A DNA stretch of 64,000 bases from an uncultured Alphaproteobacteria bacterium. Lineage in GTDB: Bacteria > Pseudomonadota > Alphaproteobacteria > Rhizobiales > Xanthobacteraceae. The stretch is from contig CAWCJX010000057.1 of the NCBI GenBank assembly GCA_963795865.1, forward strand, positions 105,490-169,489, read 5' to 3'. Below the pieces are notes generated by a model. That model saw only the letters and a list, made by a program, of their open reading frames with translations. It was not told the DNA's origin and searched no databases. Position 1 is the stretch's first letter, and every line of letters begins with the position of its first letter. Made by a program: the position numbers and the translations under genes. Below are positions 9,773-18,899 of the stretch, one piece after another.

Positions 9773-10567
9773 TCACCAATAGTTCGGGGCGAAACGCCAG
9801 TTCAGGCCCGCCTTGAACTCGTTGATGTGCTGCGCGTTCTGCACGCCGAGCGAAACCGGTATGCCGCCGCCAAGGGTGGGAAGCACCGAGCCGTTGATGG
9901 CCACGGTCTTGTTGCCGAAGTCCAGATAGTCGTATTCGGCTTTGACCGACCAGTTGTTCCAGAATGCCCATTCGACGCCGGTTCCCACGGTCCAACCGGT
10001 CTGAGTCGCTCCGCCAGTGCCCGAGAAGAGCGCCGGGCCTGCGGTGGCGGCCCAATTGTCGGTGTAGTCGGTGTGCGCCCAGGCGACGCCGGCCTTGCCG
10101 TACAGCAGCCAGTTGTTGTGCGCGATGCCGACGCGGCTGGTCGCCGTCGCGGTCCAGTTGGTGTCCGCGGTGATCGCGCGGCTCAACACGCCCGGCGGAA
10201 GCAGCGGAGCACCAAATCCCGAGATGCTCGTCCCGTTGATGCCGCCCCAGGTGATATCCCCTTCCCAGCCTACCACCAGGTTGCCGAACTGATAGTTCGA
10301 GCCGCCCTCGACACCGCCGATGAAGCCGCTGCTGTTGGTGGTCTGGATTGCCGGTACTCCGACGGCCGTCCCGAGGACTCCGAGACCGGGATCGGAAATG
10401 TCGTTGGTGGCCCACGCCCCGCCGAGCACTCCGCCGATATACATGCCGCTCCAATCGTAAGTGGAAACCGGCGCAACGGCTTTGAGCGGCATGTCTGCGG
10501 CCATTGCGGAACCCGCCGCCACCATGATGGCGGCGATGCCAATACCAGCCCCGAATTTGTGTTTCAC
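9773..10567 (-). CDS. Outer-membrane beta-barrel protein (Omp25/RopB porin-like family)
   Basis: ORF 9773..10696. GTG at 10567 is preceded by GGGAGGG. Signal peptide VKHKFGAGIGIAAIMVAAGSAMA. Gly/aromatic-rich alternating pattern. C-terminus ends GLNWRFAPNYW. Confidence 0.75.
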   Translation of the reverse strand: MKHKFGAGIGIAAIMVAAGSAMAADMPLKAVAPVSTYDWSGMYIGGVLGGAWATNDISDPGLGVLGTAVGVPAIQTTNSSGFIGGVEGGSNYQFGNLVVGWEGDITWGGINGTSISGFGAPLLPPGVLSRAITADTNWTATATSRVGIAHNNWLLYGKAGVAWAHTDYTDNWAATAGPALFSGTGGATQTGWTVGTGVEWAFWNNWSVKAEYDYLDFGNKTVAINGSVLPTLGGGIPVSLGVQNAQHINEFKAGLNWRFAPNYW

Positions 10568-10969
10568 GATACCCTCCCGTGTTGCCCTGATGAAAAAAAC
10601 TGTAGCGCGAATATGATCGAGAAGAAATTTCGAATCAAATTCTTCGTAAATGATCGGTAATGATTTTCCGATCCGGTAATACCTATCCGACTTCACTTCG
10701 ATGTTTCGCTATTCCAATTTTAACAGCGAATAGGTTTCATCGACCTCGACAATGCCCATCAACTTGCGAAACTCGGGATAGTGAGGCCTGCGCGCACGCG
10801 ATGGCACATATACAAGCGTTTCGATACGAGCCGAAGCCCATCATGCGTGAATTTGAGCGATGCCTTAAAGCGAGTCTAAAATTATTAGTGATATTTCAAT
10901 GGGTTGGCCGAAAGTTATGCACTTTTGGCAGCCAGCTAGGCCCTCGGCCGCCGCTCGAGTCAGCGGTGG

Positions 10970-11240
10970 CGCCGCGCGAAAAGCGCTTCTGATCCGCGGC
11001 ATCGGTGTATCGTTCGATCTTACGCAGGGACTTATGACCGGAGATGGAGGCGATCCGCTGGGCGGATGCACCGCCCTCTGCCAGCCGACGCATCTGCACC
11101 TTACGAAGTCCGTGCGGCAGGCACTGGGATGAAAATCCCGCGTCGGCGGCGGCCGGCTTCAGTATTAGGAACGTGAGCGCCGGCATCCCAACGAAGCCGA
11201 GCCGAGCTGACAGCAGCCGGTGGAGAAGGCACTGACATGA
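10970..11240 (-). pseudogene. Tyrosine recombinase / phage integrase, C-terminal remnant only
   Basis: Within ORF 10896..11510: LPHGLRKVQMRRLAEGGASAQRIASISGHKSLRKIERYTDAADQKR, which carries the H-x-x-R, GH and catalytic Tyr box. A second frame (ORF 11101..11319) carries ...ARLRWDAG...RRRRGIFIPV. No N-terminal domain. The remnant is frame-broken and internally deleted. Confidence 0.6.
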
Positions 11241-11570
11241 TGCGCGAGATTGGTGCGACTTCATTTTGACCGAGCAGCGTTTTTGAGAGCACGCGCTCAT
11301 TGGGAGCGCGACAGCGCAATCAAGAGCGCGACGATCACCCGTTTCCGAGATCGGTCGGCCCCGGCCCCATGGCGGGCGAAAACGGACCATGAGGGGCGGG
11401 TAAGGCGCTAATGGATTCAAATGGCGCGGCTCGACGCATGTGTGCACCAGAAATCGAGTTCGCGAGGCGCAGTACCCCGAGATGGCCTGACGATCGGCGG
11501 CCTGCGGCATCCAGTAGACGACGAATGTGCAAAGGAGTAATTTGTTCGGGCTGGGGGCTGGAGGTGAGCC

Positions 11571-12770
11571 GTGACGAACCCACTCCTGGCAAGAATTGCA
11601 GTCGCCGTTTTGCTTCTAGCCGCTGCCGCTCCTGGAGTCGCAGGACCCTTCGAGGATGGAGTGAACGCCGTAAGGGTCGGCAACTCCGAAATCGCGGTGC
11701 GGCTTTGGCGTCCGCTTGCCGACAATGGCCTCGCCGTGGCTCAATTTAACCTGGGGCTGATGTACGACAACGGCCAGGGCATCCCGCGGGACGACGCAGC
11801 TGCGGTGAGTTGGTATCAAAAGGCGGCCGATCAGGGCCACGTCAAGGCGCAATCGAATCTCGGGTTCATGTACCTCAATGGCCGTGGTACCGCGCAGAGC
11901 CACGCGGAGGCTTTCAAGTGGTTCCGGAAGGCCGCGGACCAAGGCTACGCGGCGGCTCAATACAAGCTCGGTGTCATGTATGACAACGGGCAAGGCGTCT
12001 CGCAGGATGACGTGGCTGCGATGAGCTGGTATCGAAAGGCGGCAGATCAAGGCAACGCCGATGCTCAATCAAATCTCGGCCTCATGTACTTCAACGGCCG
12101 CGGGGTTGGGCAGGATTACGCGGAAGCCGTAAAATGGTTCCGCAAGGCCGCCGACAGCGGCAACAGCTCTGCTCAATTCAATCTCGCGCTCATGTACTAC
12201 AATGGCCAAGGGGTGCAGCGTAACTATGCGGCCGCGGTGAGTTGGTTGCGAAAGGCGGGCGAGCAAGGAAACGGCGACGCTCAATTCAGCCTCGGATTGA
12301 TGTACGCCGACGGCAAGGGCGTGCGGCGTGACCTCATGGCTGCGATGAGTTGGTACCGCAAAGCGGCCGATCAGGGACACGTCAACGCTCAATTCAATCT
12401 CGCGCTCATATACGACGGGGGCGAGGGTGTCCCGCACGACTACGCTGCGGCGGCAAGGTGGTTTCGAAAGGCGGCCGATCAAGGAAACACCGATGCTCAG
12501 TTCAACCTCGGCTTCATGTACGCCATCGGCCAGGGTGTACCGCAGGACGGCGCGACTGCCGATAGTTGGTATCAGAAGGCTGCCAACCATGGCGACGCCA
12601 ATGTTCAATCGAAGCTCGGGGTCATGTACGCGAACGGTTTGGGAGCACAACGGGACGATGCCGGTGCGCGCATGTGGCTGAACCTATCCGCCGTTAGAGG
12701 CGACAAGGCTGCGGCAAGAAATCGGGACTGGCCGTTGCAAACTTCACTGAAGCGCAGATTTCGACGGTGA
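11571..12770 (+). CDS. Secreted Sel1-like (SLR/TPR) repeat protein, about 10 tandem 36-aa repeats
   Basis: 399-aa ORF with GTG start. Signal peptide MTNPLLARIAVAVLLLAAAAPGVAG. Ten iterations of AQxNLGxMYxNGxGVxxDxxxAxxW(Y/F)RKAADQG. The last ~15 codons may be frame-shifted: the alternative frame reads RD-LAVANFTEAQIS. Confidence 0.85.
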   Translation: MTNPLLARIAVAVLLLAAAAPGVAGPFEDGVNAVRVGNSEIAVRLWRPLADNGLAVAQFNLGLMYDNGQGIPRDDAAAVSWYQKAADQGHVKAQSNLGFMYLNGRGTAQSHAEAFKWFRKAADQGYAAAQYKLGVMYDNGQGVSQDDVAAMSWYRKAADQGNADAQSNLGLMYFNGRGVGQDYAEAVKWFRKAADSGNSSAQFNLALMYYNGQGVQRNYAAAVSWLRKAGEQGNGDAQFSLGLMYADGKGVRRDLMAAMSWYRKAADQGHVNAQFNLALIYDGGEGVPHDYAAAARWFRKAADQGNTDAQFNLGFMYAIGQGVPQDGATADSWYQKAANHGDANVQSKLGVMYANGLGAQRDDAGARMWLNLSAVRGDKAAARNRDWPLQTSLKRRFRR

Positions 12771-12930
12771 ACCACGGTCCAGATCGATTTGGACGAGGCG
12801 CCGCTCGATGAAGTGCGTGCCAAACGTGCCTTGCTCAAAGCGGGTTCCCGCGAAGAAGACATCGCAGATACCCTGGCGCGCGTTTGGCGTCTCCGGCTTT
12901 TCGTCTGGGTAACTGTACAGGCGACCACCC

Positions 12931-13830
12931 ATGCTTGATGCGCCTAAGCTGCAATCGGCAACGTTCGAGATTCGACCAAGCGATACCATGGTCGGGGCGG
13001 AAGTCTTGCGCCTTGACCTGTCAAAGCCGCTCGACGAGGCGGCTTACGAGAAGGTCGCAGCCGCTCTCGACAGCTTTTCGGTCGTTTGCTTTCGTGATCA
13101 GGATCTGACCCCCGAGCAGCACATCGGGTTCTCGCGTCGTTTTGGTCCGCTGCAAGTCAATGTCCGCAGCGAGTTCAACAAGCCCGGCTATCCAGAAATC
13201 TATATCGTTTCGAATGTGCTGGTCGACGGCAAGCCGATCGGCTCACAAGACGCCGGCCGGTATTGGCATTCCGATCTCTGTTATTTGCAGCAGCCGTCCC
13301 GCGCCTCTCTCCTTTACGCCTTGGAAGTGCCGCGGCGCGACGGCGTCTCGCTCGGCGACACATTGTTCGCAAGTGCCGGGGCGGCCTATGAAGACCTGCC
13401 AGCCGAGGTGAAGCGTCGGGTCGAGGGCCTGCGCGCGGTCAACAGCTACAATGCCATGTACGACCGCAAGGCCTCCGAGTTCGGCGTCCGACCGGGCCTC
13501 ACCGACGACGAGAAAAAGAACAAATATCCGAAGGATGCAGTGCATCCGGTGGTTCGGACCCACCCGATCAACGGCCGAAAATGCATCTATGTTTGCGAGG
13601 GCTATACGACACAGATTCTCGACGTTTCGGAAGGAGAGAGCCGCGAACTGCTGGACCTCCTGTTTGCGCAGGTGACCAAGCCGCAATTCGTGTACCGGCA
13701 CAAATGGTGCGTTGGCGACCTCCTGATGTGGGACAATTGTGCTGTCCAGCACTTGGCCTCATTTGATTATGCGCTGCCGCTGCGTCGTCTCATGGAACGG
13801 ACAACCGTCGAAGGCTCGGTTCCCTACTGA
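12931..13830 (+). CDS. TauD/TfdA family Fe(II)/2-oxoglutarate-dependent dioxygenase
   Basis: 299-aa ORF containing GRYWHSDLCY (H-x-D iron site), HPVVRTHPINGRKCIY and MWDNCAVQH...R, the typical TauD layout. Confidence 0.85.
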   Translation: MLDAPKLQSATFEIRPSDTMVGAEVLRLDLSKPLDEAAYEKVAAALDSFSVVCFRDQDLTPEQHIGFSRRFGPLQVNVRSEFNKPGYPEIYIVSNVLVDGKPIGSQDAGRYWHSDLCYLQQPSRASLLYALEVPRRDGVSLGDTLFASAGAAYEDLPAEVKRRVEGLRAVNSYNAMYDRKASEFGVRPGLTDDEKKNKYPKDAVHPVVRTHPINGRKCIYVCEGYTTQILDVSEGESRELLDLLFAQVTKPQFVYRHKWCVGDLLMWDNCAVQHLASFDYALPLRRLMERTTVEGSVPY

Positions 13831-13903
13831 GCCGGATATGCTTCAGGATCCGCGCGACCGAAAGGTCGTCGGGCTTGCCCAGTGCATCATCAAAGCCGCC
13901 CCG

Positions 13904-14209
13904 ATGAGTAACGTTACTACCAAGCCACGCATCAAGGTCCGATCGAAAACGGAACGACCGCGCCTTCACAAGGTCATCCTGGTCAACGATGACTACACGC
14001 CGCGGGAATTTGTCGTCACCGTGCTCAAAGCGGAATTCCGCATGAGCCAGGAGCAGGCCTATCGAGTGATGATGACCGCGCATCGGCGAGGTACCTGCGT
14101 CGTTGCCGTCTACGCCAGAGACGTTGCAGAGACCAAGGCTACGCGCGCCACGGAAGCCGGCCGCAGCAAGGGGTATCCTCTCACCTTTACGACCGAGCCG
14201 GAGGAATAG
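13904..14209 (+). CDS. clpS: ATP-dependent Clp protease adaptor ClpS (paralogue-type)
   Basis: ORF 13739..14209. RPRLHKVILVNDDYTPREFVVTVLKAEFRMSQEQAYRVMMTAHRRGTCVVAVYARDVAETKATRATEAGRSKGYPLTFTTEPEE is the ClpS core. Start is at 13904 (MSNVTTKP) or 13838. Confidence 0.8.
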   Translation: MSNVTTKPRIKVRSKTERPRLHKVILVNDDYTPREFVVTVLKAEFRMSQEQAYRVMMTAHRRGTCVVAVYARDVAETKATRATEAGRSKGYPLTFTTEPEE

Positions 14210-14406
14210 CGCAAGCGGGCGCCAACAGCGTAGACGCCGGACCCGCACGACCTACGGGTGCCGAGCGGGGGAATCTCGTACGCCAAGGCAGGCGCCGTTA
14301 CCTCTGCCCTATCGCCCGCTGCGACCTGCGGACACCGCCTTGCAGGTGATATAGATTGTTGCCAGGCCGCCCTCGCAAGCGGCGCTCAACGCAATGGGAG
14401 GCATTC

Positions 14407-16122
14407 ATGGCAAGACGCATCGGTTCGATTCGCATCGCACTGTTGGCCGGCAGCATGCTGGCCGCCACGCCCATGCTGGCGGCCGACGTGACGCCGGAAC
14501 GGCTCCTCAATCCGGATAAGGAGCCGCAGAACTGGCTGATGAACCACCGCACCTATGACGGCCAGCGCTTTTCGCCGCTTGGGCGGATCAACCGCGACAA
14601 CGTCAAGAACTTGAAGCTCGCCTATGCGGTGCCACTCGGCGGCGGCGCGGGCAACGAGTTCGCCAACGCAACGCCGCTCGCCGAAGACGGTTTCCTCTAC
14701 GTCACGGATTCCTGGAGCGTCCTTTATAAGATCGACGTCCGCTCCGGCGACCTCGGCCGCATCGTGTGGCGCATGGACCCCAAGCAGGATCGCCAGACGC
14801 GCTCCCGCGGCGCGGCGCTGTGGGGCAACCTCGTCATCACCGGTGCCGGCGGTTTCGGCAACTCGCCGCGCATCATCGCGACCGACAAGGACACCGGCAA
14901 GGTGATTTGGGAAACCTCGTTCTCCGACACGCCGGACGTGACCTTCACCGCAGCGCCGCTTGCGATCAAGGACAAGATCATCGTCGGTGCGGCCAATGGC
15001 GACCAGGGCGTCCGCGACTGGATCGCTGGTCTCGATGCTGCGACCGGCAAGCGCCTGTGGCTCAAATATACAATTCCGGCCCCTGGCGAACCTGGCAGCG
15101 AAACCTGGAAAGGCAACACCAATGCTTGGCGCACCGGAGGCGGCGCGGTGTGGGTAACGGGCACTTACGATCCCGTCACCAACCAGACCCTCTGGGGAAC
15201 CGGCAACCCGGTCCCGATGTTCGATCCGTTCTATCGGCCGGGCGACAACCTCTACACCAACAGTGTGATCTCTTGGAATCCCGACACCGGCAGCATGAAC
15301 TGGTATTTTCAATTCACGCCGGGCGACATGTGGGACTACGACGAGGTTGGCACCCATATCCTGATCGACGGACAGGTCGGCGGGCAATCGCGCAAGCTGA
15401 TTACGCATTCGGCGCGTAACGGCTTTCTCTACACCATGGAGCGCGCCAATGGCGCGATGGTGCTTGCCAAGCCCTATACGGAGGTCAACTGGACCAAAGG
15501 CATCGACCAGAAGACCGGCAAGCCGCTCGAGTACGATCCCACCAAGGACATTCAGACCTACGCGGGCGTCGGCAACCTCAATCCGAACGAGCCGCCCAAG
15601 AAGGTCTGTCCGTCACTGCTGGGCGGCAACAACTACTGGCCGAGTTCCTACAGCTCGAAAACCAGGCTCGTATACATCCCGGCTTTGTCGAACTGCTCGA
15701 CGATTACGATCGACCGGGAAAAGCACAACAAGGAGAGGGGCTGGAATGGCGGCCTTGCTTCCACCGTCGAACGGTGGGAAAGCGACCTGAAGGCTGTCGA
15801 CCCGCTGACCGGAGAGATCAAGAAGAGCGTGCACCTGAGCTACCCGAATTTCAGCGGTACGCTCGCGACCGGCGGCGGGCTCGTATTTCTCGCGCTGCTG
15901 GATGGCACGGTTGCGGCGTTCGATGACACCACGCTCGACGAGTTGTGGAAAATCAATGTCGGTTCGGGCTTTTCCGCGCCGCCGATGACGTTCGAAGTCA
16001 ATGGCAAGCAATATATCGCGATCGTGTCGGGACCGAGCCCGGCAGCCAGAACGAGGCTCGTCAATACGCCGGAACTCCGAGAGCAGCGCAATGCAGTCGT
16101 GTTGCACGTGTTCGCGTTGTGA
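14407..16122 (+). CDS. PQQ-dependent dehydrogenase, methanol/ethanol family, divergent clade (copy 1)
   Basis: ORF 14356..16122. Start MARRIGS at 14407 follows GGGAGG. Signal peptide ends MLAADV. Eight-bladed quinoprotein hallmarks: GTGNPVPMF, RPGDNLYTNS, PGDMWDYDEVG, CPSLLGGNNYW, LWKINVGSGFSAPPMTF. There is no vicinal Cys-Cys anywhere; only 2 Cys in the mature protein. Confidence 0.9.
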   Translation: MARRIGSIRIALLAGSMLAATPMLAADVTPERLLNPDKEPQNWLMNHRTYDGQRFSPLGRINRDNVKNLKLAYAVPLGGGAGNEFANATPLAEDGFLYVTDSWSVLYKIDVRSGDLGRIVWRMDPKQDRQTRSRGAALWGNLVITGAGGFGNSPRIIATDKDTGKVIWETSFSDTPDVTFTAAPLAIKDKIIVGAANGDQGVRDWIAGLDAATGKRLWLKYTIPAPGEPGSETWKGNTNAWRTGGGAVWVTGTYDPVTNQTLWGTGNPVPMFDPFYRPGDNLYTNSVISWNPDTGSMNWYFQFTPGDMWDYDEVGTHILIDGQVGGQSRKLITHSARNGFLYTMERANGAMVLAKPYTEVNWTKGIDQKTGKPLEYDPTKDIQTYAGVGNLNPNEPPKKVCPSLLGGNNYWPSSYSSKTRLVYIPALSNCSTITIDREKHNKERGWNGGLASTVERWESDLKAVDPLTGEIKKSVHLSYPNFSGTLATGGGLVFLALLDGTVAAFDDTTLDELWKINVGSGFSAPPMTFEVNGKQYIAIVSGPSPAARTRLVNTPELREQRNAVVLHVFAL

Positions 16123-16561
16123 GTGAGCGATCGTAAATGGCGTGATCGGCGACTGAGGTTAGGGCGGGGCCGAGGATCACTCTTCGCCCCGGAACACGGT
16201 TTCGCCGCTGCTGCGCTGCAAAGTCGGTGCCGCACATGGGTCTTGTGTCAAGAGTAACGCCGGTCGACACGGCGTCGCGTAACTGTACGAGAGATGAAGG
16301 AGGGCCCTTCGACAGATTTACGGCCTGTTGGCAGTCCGTCCCGACGATGATGTACTCAGCCCCAATGTTATGAACTTAGGTGCTGACGCCGAACGGGGGC
16401 GTGTCGTCCACCAGCGTCCAGGCGGCTCTTTTGGTCCCACATCAAGCGCCCAATTGCGTTGAGTTCGATGTACAATGCTATCGTCCCGCCGGCATCAAGA
16501 CGGTGCAAAACGGTCTTGCCCTGGCGGGTGATACAAAGCCACAAGAAAGAGGGGAACGATA

Positions 16562-17401
16562 ATGTCCTCGTTCACGTTGAGAGAACTTGCACTCGCAAGC
16601 AGCATCGTGGCTGGCCTCGCAGCATCGTGGGCCATCCCGGCGGCGGCGCAAGAAAAGACAAGTCCGCCCATTTTCTCCCCTGACCTCAGCGTTGGGTGGA
16701 TCGGGGTAGGTGAGTTCCAACCAGTTCCGGGCGAGGTGCCGCCGCTCAAGCAGGATTCAAAATATCCCTTCGTTCCCAACGGCACGGGCCGTCAACCGAC
16801 GTATCGGATTGCCGATCTGACCAATCCGAACCTGAAGCCCTGGGTGAAGGAGATCATGAAAAAGGACAACGACGAAGTGCTCGCGGGCAAGATCGCCTAT
16901 TCGCCAAGCCAGAGTTGCATGCCGGCCGGTGTTCCCGGTTTCCTGGCCTTGGGCGGAAATAACAACCCGTACTGGTTCCTGCAGACCCCCAAAGAAGTCT
17001 GGATCATGCGCGCGGCCGATTCGCAGGTCCGCCGCGTCTACCTCGATGTGCCCCATTCGGCTAATCCCAAGCCGTCCTGGTACGGCGAGTCGGTTGGCCA
17101 CTATGAGGGCGACACGCTGGTGATCGATACGATCGGGCTCAACGCCAAGACCTACGTGGACAATTACCGCACACCGCATACCGAGAAGCTGCACGTCATC
17201 GAGCGCTGGCGAATAGCCGACGACGGCAAGGCAATGGAAGCAACCGTCACGGTCGACGACCCGGACACCTACTACCAGCCCTGGTCCGGGACGCGACGGT
17301 ATCGGCGCGTCAATCAGCGGTACGTGGAGGACATCTGCGCCGAGAACAACCAGCAACTGTTCGACTACAAGATTCCGATCGCAAGCAAGGCGGATTTCTG
17401 A
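16562..17401 (+). CDS. Secreted protein of an unrecognised family (paralogue 1)
   Basis: 279-aa ORF. Signal peptide MSSFTLRELALASSIVAGLAASWAIPAAAQ. Conserved blocks are shared with 17544..18470 and 52879..53738: SQSCMPAGVP, RRVYLD, PSWYGESVGHYEGDTLVIDT, VEDICAENN. Confidence 0.7.
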   Translation: MSSFTLRELALASSIVAGLAASWAIPAAAQEKTSPPIFSPDLSVGWIGVGEFQPVPGEVPPLKQDSKYPFVPNGTGRQPTYRIADLTNPNLKPWVKEIMKKDNDEVLAGKIAYSPSQSCMPAGVPGFLALGGNNNPYWFLQTPKEVWIMRAADSQVRRVYLDVPHSANPKPSWYGESVGHYEGDTLVIDTIGLNAKTYVDNYRTPHTEKLHVIERWRIADDGKAMEATVTVDDPDTYYQPWSGTRRYRRVNQRYVEDICAENNQQLFDYKIPIASKADF

Positions 17402-17543
17402 TCGGGATCGGCTACATGCGAGGCGCCACGTACTTGGCCGCCTTCGCATGGCATATCTCAATTGCCAGCTTCGCCGACATCATTTTCTATCTTAGACTGA
17501 CCGATAGTGTCGAAAATCAAGCCCCGTGAAAAGGGAGGAGAGC

Positions 17544-18470
17544 ATGACTTTACAGCGGTGGGATTTCCTTTTGGCAGTGACACTGGCGGCAGCGGCTGCG
17601 ACGCCCGCCTTTGGGCAGGCGGTGCCCACGGTTGCACCAGCCAATAGCAGCAAGGAAAGCGTTGCATCGATCCCGGATTTCTCCGGCATATGGCGTCACG
17701 GGTCGCTTCCCTGGTTCGAGCCGCCGGAATCGGGCCCCGCTCCGGTGACTAACAGGTCGCGCAAGAACGGAGTGAGCAACTATGACCAGCTGGTCGGTGA
17801 TTACACCAATCCGATCCTGAAGCCGTGGGCGGCGGAGGTCGTAAAGAAGTACGGCGAAATCTCGCTGGCCGGAGTGACCTTTCCGAGCCCCTCAAACCAG
17901 TGCTGGCCCGAACCCGTGCCGTACATTTTCAAGCATGGCGCAATGCAGATGCTGCAGCAGCCGGACAAGATCACGATCCTTTACAACGAGGATCACGAAG
18001 TCCGCTGGGTCCGCATGAACCAGCCTCATCCGGCGCAGGTGACGCCGTCGTGGCATGGCGATTCCGTCGGCCGTTACGAGGGCGACACGTTGGTGATCGA
18101 CACGGTGGGGGTCAAGACCGACCGGCCGTTTGCCATGATCGACCTGTTCGGCACGCCGTACACCAAGGCTTTGCACGTGGTGGAACGCTACTCTCTGCTC
18201 GATTACGAAGCCGCGAAAGGCGCGTTGGAACGCGGCGACAAGGAGCTCATGCGCAACCAGGGCCCCCTCAATCTCAATTACACCGGCAACTACCTGCAGA
18301 TCCATCTCACTGTTGAGGATGAGGGCGCCTTCACGACGCCGTGGACTGCGACCATAACTTATGCGCTCGATCCCGCGGAATGGCGGGAAGTTGTCTGCGC
18401 CGAAAACATGCATGAATACTATTCCAACAAGGACTCGGAGGTCCCGACCGCTGCCAAGCCGGATTTCTGA
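17544..18470 (+). CDS. Secreted protein of the same unrecognised family (paralogue 2)
   Basis: ORF 17526..18470. ATG at 17544 is directly preceded by GGGAGGAG. Signal peptide MTLQRWDFLLAVTLAAAAATPAFGQ. Blocks SNQCWPEPVP, VRWVRM, PSWHGDSVGRYEGDTLVIDT, REVVCAENM. Confidence 0.7.
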   Translation: MTLQRWDFLLAVTLAAAAATPAFGQAVPTVAPANSSKESVASIPDFSGIWRHGSLPWFEPPESGPAPVTNRSRKNGVSNYDQLVGDYTNPILKPWAAEVVKKYGEISLAGVTFPSPSNQCWPEPVPYIFKHGAMQMLQQPDKITILYNEDHEVRWVRMNQPHPAQVTPSWHGDSVGRYEGDTLVIDTVGVKTDRPFAMIDLFGTPYTKALHVVERYSLLDYEAAKGALERGDKELMRNQGPLNLNYTGNYLQIHLTVEDEGAFTTPWTATITYALDPAEWREVVCAENMHEYYSNKDSEVPTAAKPDF

Positions 18471-18487
18471 GCCGGCGGGCCAACCCA

Positions 18488-18899
18488 TCATTCCGCAGCT
18501 TCACTCCCGGCAGGCCCGTCAAGTAGCGGCAGCTCAAGTCCGTCGATTTCGAGCAGGCTGCGGCCAGCGCCTTGCGGCCTGCATGTCGCTGAACCGTTCG
18601 ACGACGGCCCCGACGCGATGCCTGAACCGCCGGTTGGTCAGGTACTGCTGCACCAGTTCCGTCTTGGTCTGCTGGCCTTCGCCAGCGAGCCGCGCGGCCG
18701 CCGCCCGATCAATGACTCGCCCAAGGCGATGCACGGCGTCGGCGCACCGCGGTTCCGTCACCCAGACTCCGTCGATCGGATCAAAGGTCTGCAAGCCCTT
18801 CGGCAGCGCGTGCGACACGATCAGCGCCATGTCGGCCTTGGCCGCCCGTTGATCTTCCCGGACCGATGGGCGATCCAATCGGTGAAAGGCAAACGCCAT
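18488..18899 (-). pseudogene. DUF2130-family protein, C-terminal remnant with internal deletion/frame change
   Basis: ORF 18534..18899 reads ...DQRAAKADMALIVSHALPKGLQTFDPIDGVWVTEPRCADAVHRLGRVIDRAAAARLAGEGQQTKTELVQQYLTNRRFRHRVGAVVERFSDMQ. A different frame then gives ...SLLEIDGLELPLLDGPAGSEAAE-stop. The N-terminal two thirds of the family are missing. Family assigned from memory. Confidence 0.5.

Noticed and set aside
10660-10992. 110-aa plus-strand ORF in the GC-poorer stretch next to the integrase remnant; also looked here for a tRNA as an integration target
   Set aside because: The composition is not protein-like (Cys/Arg/Phe-rich) and no SD is present. I could not trace any cloverleaf-compatible sequence by eye. 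tRNAscan would be needed to exclude a tRNA fragment.
12744-12925. Minus-strand ORF tail (..LYSYPDEKPETPNARQGICDVFFAGTRFEQGTFGTHFIERRLVQIDLDRG) in the Sel1-TauD spacer with somewhat protein-like composition
   Set aside because: Its only start codons lie inside or antisense to the TauD 5' end. There is no SD and no recognisable family. It is possibly a gene fragment but cannot be supported.
16123-16561. Search for pqqA, xoxJ or xoxG-like small genes next to PQQ dehydrogenase 1
   Set aside because: The short ORFs here (e.g. MKEGPSTDLRPVGSPSRR) lack the PqqA E-x-x-x-Y motif or any signal peptide or CxxCH. The region appears non-coding.
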